Part shown: piece after piece, positions 60,501-64,000 of the stretch
Position numbering within the stretch: the stretch's first letter is position 1
Layout of the letters: each line of letters opens with the position of its first letter
Origin: Trichoplax adhaerens
Taxonomy: Eukaryota; Animalia; Placozoa
DNA length: 64,000 nt
Reading direction: 5' to 3'
Assembly: GCF_000150275.1 (NCBI RefSeq)
Contig: NW_002060952.1
Span: forward strand, 1,601,927-1,665,926
Notes under the pieces: model-generated
The model's input: only the letters and a program-made list of their open reading frames with translations
Database searches by the model: none
What the model was told of the DNA's origin: nothing
Program-made: the position numbers and the translations under genes

Positions 60501-63500
60501 TTGGCAGGATCTTTGATTATTTCCACTTGTATATTTTTAGCTGGGATTGATAGAACTGATAATATGGTAAATGATTCAATTAATTTAATATCACTAATTA
60601 AGATTTGCTTAGACTAAAAATCCATCACGATGATATAAATAGAAGACTGACCTCAGCTATGAACAGATTATATTTTAATAGTAATCTGAGTTCTAAAAAA
60701 ATTAAGAATTAACATAAAATCAAATATATCAGAATGTTCAAATATAAATAATGTAGATTTTTAATGTACAAACTCATTTAAGGCATCTTTTTCTATGAAG
60801 ATAATATTTAAAAATAGATTTCACCTTATTAAAGTCCATTGTCGGCGATGATTATTCGATCGATTAGGTATTATGTCAGATTATTGCCGCAATTCTTCAC
60901 TTTTCGTTTTTGGCGTCCTTTGCTTGGATGCTGGTGGAAGGAATCATTACTTTTAAAATGGCTACTCAATGGCCAGAAACGGTCTTTTCTTGCGTGATAT
61001 ATAATGTTTTAGGATGGAGTAAGTGCTCAGTAATGAAATATCGGAGTAGAGGAATTGATACTATAACTCTAACAATTTACGTCTGCAATTTAAAGGTGGG
61101 TCGATTATCATTGTTCTTGTGGCTTTCCTGCTGAAAAGGGAATTTTATGGCAGCAAGAATTAGTATGTTTCAGTGATAGCATGGACATATAATGACTACT
61201 ATTCGCCTTATACTGAATCCTCTTCTAAATTCCCAATAACAACAGCTACGATTAAAACAGTCTCTATTGCATCAAATAAATGGGTCGTGTAAATCAGTTA
61301 GAATAAGGAGCAATACAACCAGTAGCATTCTCTACTAGCTATCTCTAATTCTAATTCTAACTAATATCCATCTAATCTTCTTGTTTTGCTATGCTATTTA
61401 CTCCAATATTGTAAATATATGAAATAGCAGGTTTTATATTTATTTATTATTTAGATTCCAGAGTTCATTAGATCATATGTAAATCATGTACAGACGAAAC
61501 ATATCCCACCTTCTATTTCCAATATTATTTATCGCTATTACATTTTCTATTATCACTTTATTATACAGATTGACAATTTTAGTTGATAAATTATCAATAC
61601 ATGAACCTAATAGATGACATCTTATCTTAGTGATAACTACCATTATCCTACAGGAAAAAATTAATAAAATAAATTAGATTATTTAATGGTATAAGTATAA
61701 GTGATTTAAAGTTACACAATAAGAATCCTAATTATTTTTGAAGAACTAATTATAATCTCTGATGCAAATATCAACCTTTGTTCTTAGTTGTTGGATTACT
61801 TCGAATCCATTCTTATTGTACGTTTTCGGAATTCCCGTTCTTGTAGTCATTATTGTAAGTGAATATAAGATACGATAATCTGCACTACGGAGTTTATTTG
61901 GATTAGAACATATACAACCATACCTCTATCTTTAATACTCTTTCTGATTTTCTAGATCAATATTATACTTATGATAAAGATAACTAGAATTCTAATGGGA
62001 ATTCGAGCCGTGGCAAATAAATCTAATTTGGAGAAAGCCAAGTAATTTCAGACTGTTTCATAAGTTTTAATTAAAGTAGTGTAACTAATCTGACAGATTT
62101 AAGATTCAGCCTTATAGTTCAGTTTTATTTGTATTGAAGCTTTTAATTATATGGTTGCATTGCAAATTCTCACAATTCGTATATTATAATAATCTATTTA
62201 TACGTAGTATATTTAGGTGTTGTAATGTAACTTAGTATTGTGATTGTAGACTGTTAGCCATGTGTAGTATAATGTACGGTAGATATTTATCCTAAGAGAT
62301 ATTTGGTAGCTGTAACTATAGACTGTAGTGGTAGAGACTCTATGCTAGAGTACAGATGACTATATACAGTAAGCTGCTGAGTTACTAATATGGCTATAGG
62401 TAAAAATAGAACTGTAAATCATATATTAGGATATGGTTAATTCATTGTACTTTGGCTGGTGTGAATAATGTCTACGTAAGTACTGTAGTCGTATCCATAT
62501 TGGATTAATGATGGTCCGCAGTAGAATAGCCTTACTAAGAATAATTTAAATATGTGTAAAATAAGGTAAAAGGTTGCCATGCGGATTGTAGCTGCGAATT
62601 CTACGGAAAGTATAACAGCATGCAACTTTAGATTATTCTGTTAGTTCGTTGTAGAAGTCTTTAGAAGTAGTATTCGGCTAGAGTAGAGCTGTGTAGTTAA
62701 TCTTTGTATAAGATTGAATAAAGCCCTTATTTTTCTAAAATTTGGAATTTTGTGATTGGTATATATCACACCAATCATTAGTATTCACTAGTGTACTGTA
62801 TTTGGGGTAACAAACGAGATGTATCAACATGTTTGTGAGGGCGGGTAGGCGGTGGGCAAAATAATTTGGTAGGAAATTTAATCGAGCAAAATATTTAATC
62901 AAATGTAGGATACTGGTACTTACTGTAACCTTTTAATTTACCATCACTAACGTAAATTATGAAAATACTAAACTTAATATAAAATTAAAATTCAGGTGGA
63001 GAAGAATTTTAATAACTAAATTTTCTCATTTTACGTATAGAGCATCGCTGCGCGCTTCCCTTGCTTTGTTGCCTCTGCTTGGAATTACCTGGCTGTTTGG
63101 CTTTCTAGCAATCAGTAATGGTACTCTGGTATTTTCCTATCTCTTCGTTATATTAAATTCCTTACAGGTGAAAAAGTTTTCCTTCTCTATTATATTATGC
63201 TTGTCTTTCATCGACTCGTAGAAAATTTATGATATAGTAATATCTTTTTCATCATATACCATATAGGGAACATTTGTATTTTATTACCATTGCCTTAAAT
63301 ATAAAGACGTAAGTCCTCAATATATATATAAAGAGCAAATTTTGTTAGATTTTACATGAATTTTTCTTTTACTCATATAATTTAAGGTGAAAAATTATTA
63401 TCGAAGATTTCTTACAAAATGTCGGATTACTGTCAGCTCTATGAAAATTTCCGATGGTAGTAAAAGTCATAATACTAGAGCAAAAGAGGTAAATGATCAC

Positions 63501-63633
63501 CAAAAGACTTAATAAACAAAAATAGATTAGTCTAATATGGTAAATAGACTTTGCTCAGATTCTACAATATTTCTTTACTCAAAGCTACGATAATTTGTTT
63601 TAGCATCCAAGATCTGCTTGGTCAAAGAGATAA
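51563..63633 (+). CDS. Gene C: adhesion GPCR with 5 C-type lectin domains, GAIN/GPS and 7TM; ~1260 aa, 26 exons
   Basis: Exons: 51563-51565 (ATG, tentative), 51870-51948, 52076-52486, 52963-53370, 53753-54121, 54275-54306, 54799-54846 or 54850, 55147-55527, 55864-55911, 56072-56518, 56949-57155, 58704-58859, 58942-58999, 59592-59691, 59832-59872, 60000-60111, 60212-60315, 60464-60566, 60868-61018, 61096-61162, 61788-61854, 61956-62041, 63041-63167, 63267-63308, 63387-63488, 63604-63633. Open frame (3783 nt) if the donor at 54851 is used. Confidence 0.87.
52076..52486 (+). CDS. Gene C CTLD1 exon
   Basis: GDRWFSHYFKRYFIS...HYWIGLMD...KLCAGV...WINLNCADNFSFICQL. Confidence 0.93.
52963..53370 (+). 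CDS. Gene C CTLD2 exon
   Basis: LCKAPSVLFDSTC...LWIGL...DPQSGNCI...WNNRRCNSFYPFICEQ. Confidence 0.93.
53753..54121 (+). CDS. Gene C CTLD3 exon
   Basis: CPVNWLQIGGNCY...LWVAL...ICMV...WRLQKC...PLCMQ; 369 nt. Confidence 0.93.
55147..55527 (+). CDS. Gene C CTLD4 exon
   Basis: TCQGRWLLHGKYCF...VWIGL...NWATGVPS...GCV...WYIRNC...LCQR. Confidence 0.93.
56072..56518 (+). CDS. Gene C CTLD5 exon
   Basis: VCPNSW...SSC...FYEAREIC...FWIGL...QCVI...WIPADC...PICQK. Confidence 0.92.
56949..60111 (+). CDS. Gene C stalk plus GAIN/GPS exons
   Basis: Helix IEDLESAGLQLAQNL; LCSYWNGNQWATDGVETQRLNSTIVKCIAYHL|TSFSVLLQ. Confidence 0.88.
58047..58096. other. Assembly gap (50 N) inside a gene C intron
   Basis: Run of n characters. 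Confidence 0.99.
60212..63633 (+). CDS. Gene C 7TM and C-tail exons
   Basis: IHANLA, LHFSFLASFAWMLVEG, CW, LLPLLGITW, NSLQGTFVFYYHC; ends HPRSAWSKR-stop. Confidence 0.91.
62221..62770 (+). mobile_element. ~550-bp solo-LTR-like element (family 2) in the gene C ICL3-TM6 intron
   Basis: TGTAATGTAA...ATATATCACA imperfect inverted termini, AATAAA near the 3' end (~62717); halves found at 19548-19990 and 22760-22905; no clear TSD. Confidence 0.65.
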
Positions 63634-64000
63634 TTCAGTCAAGACAGGACCATCATCGTCTTTTATTTATTAATAGTAGATTTTCCTTGCACTGATAGAC
63701 GTTACATTATTATTCTTTTAAGCTTTTAATCATTTATACCCAAGGAGTATTTTAAGAATTCAACTTGTGTTTTAAAATTTATTAAGAGTTAAAAGTTTGC
63801 AATATATGATAAATTTGTTAGGTGCAGCGTTTTCTAAACAATAGAATAAATATTCATGCGGTAAATAACATCATCTTCAAAAATTAGCTATTTAAAAGGC
63901 TGCAGTAAGGCAGTATGCTAGTACTAAATAGTAACTTATATTGTAATTAATATCTATCATGTTAACTACTCATTAAGATCAGTTCTCTATGACAATGTCA

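Overview
AT-rich eukaryotic (animal) genomic DNA with short GT-AG introns and two assembly gaps (49808-50674, 58047-58096). Composition and gene structure suggest a compact invertebrate genome such as the placozoan Trichoplax; this is inference only. The scattered ORF-track hits are exons of three paralogous ~26-exon genes: gene A (+, ~6277-18926), gene B (-, 23168-33736) and gene C (+, ~51563-63633). Each encodes a ~1260-1280 aa adhesion GPCR with this architecture: signal peptide, five C-type lectin-like domains (CTLDs, one per phase 1-1 exon), S/T-rich stalk, a shortened GAIN domain with an intact HL|T GPS cleavage site, an ADGRD1/GPR133-like class B2 7TM, and a short tail ending in an AWS-containing exon. 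I spliced all three by hand. A and B give open frames; C needs a shifted donor or a 1-nt correction at one micro-exon. The 5' part of gene C appears twice, on either side of the large gap, as two diverged copies (unmerged haplotypes or a tandem duplication). Intergenic and intronic DNA holds LTR-like repeat fragments, one with an empty-site paralogue and near-perfect TSD, plus local tandem repeats. No RNA genes or CRISPR arrays were found.
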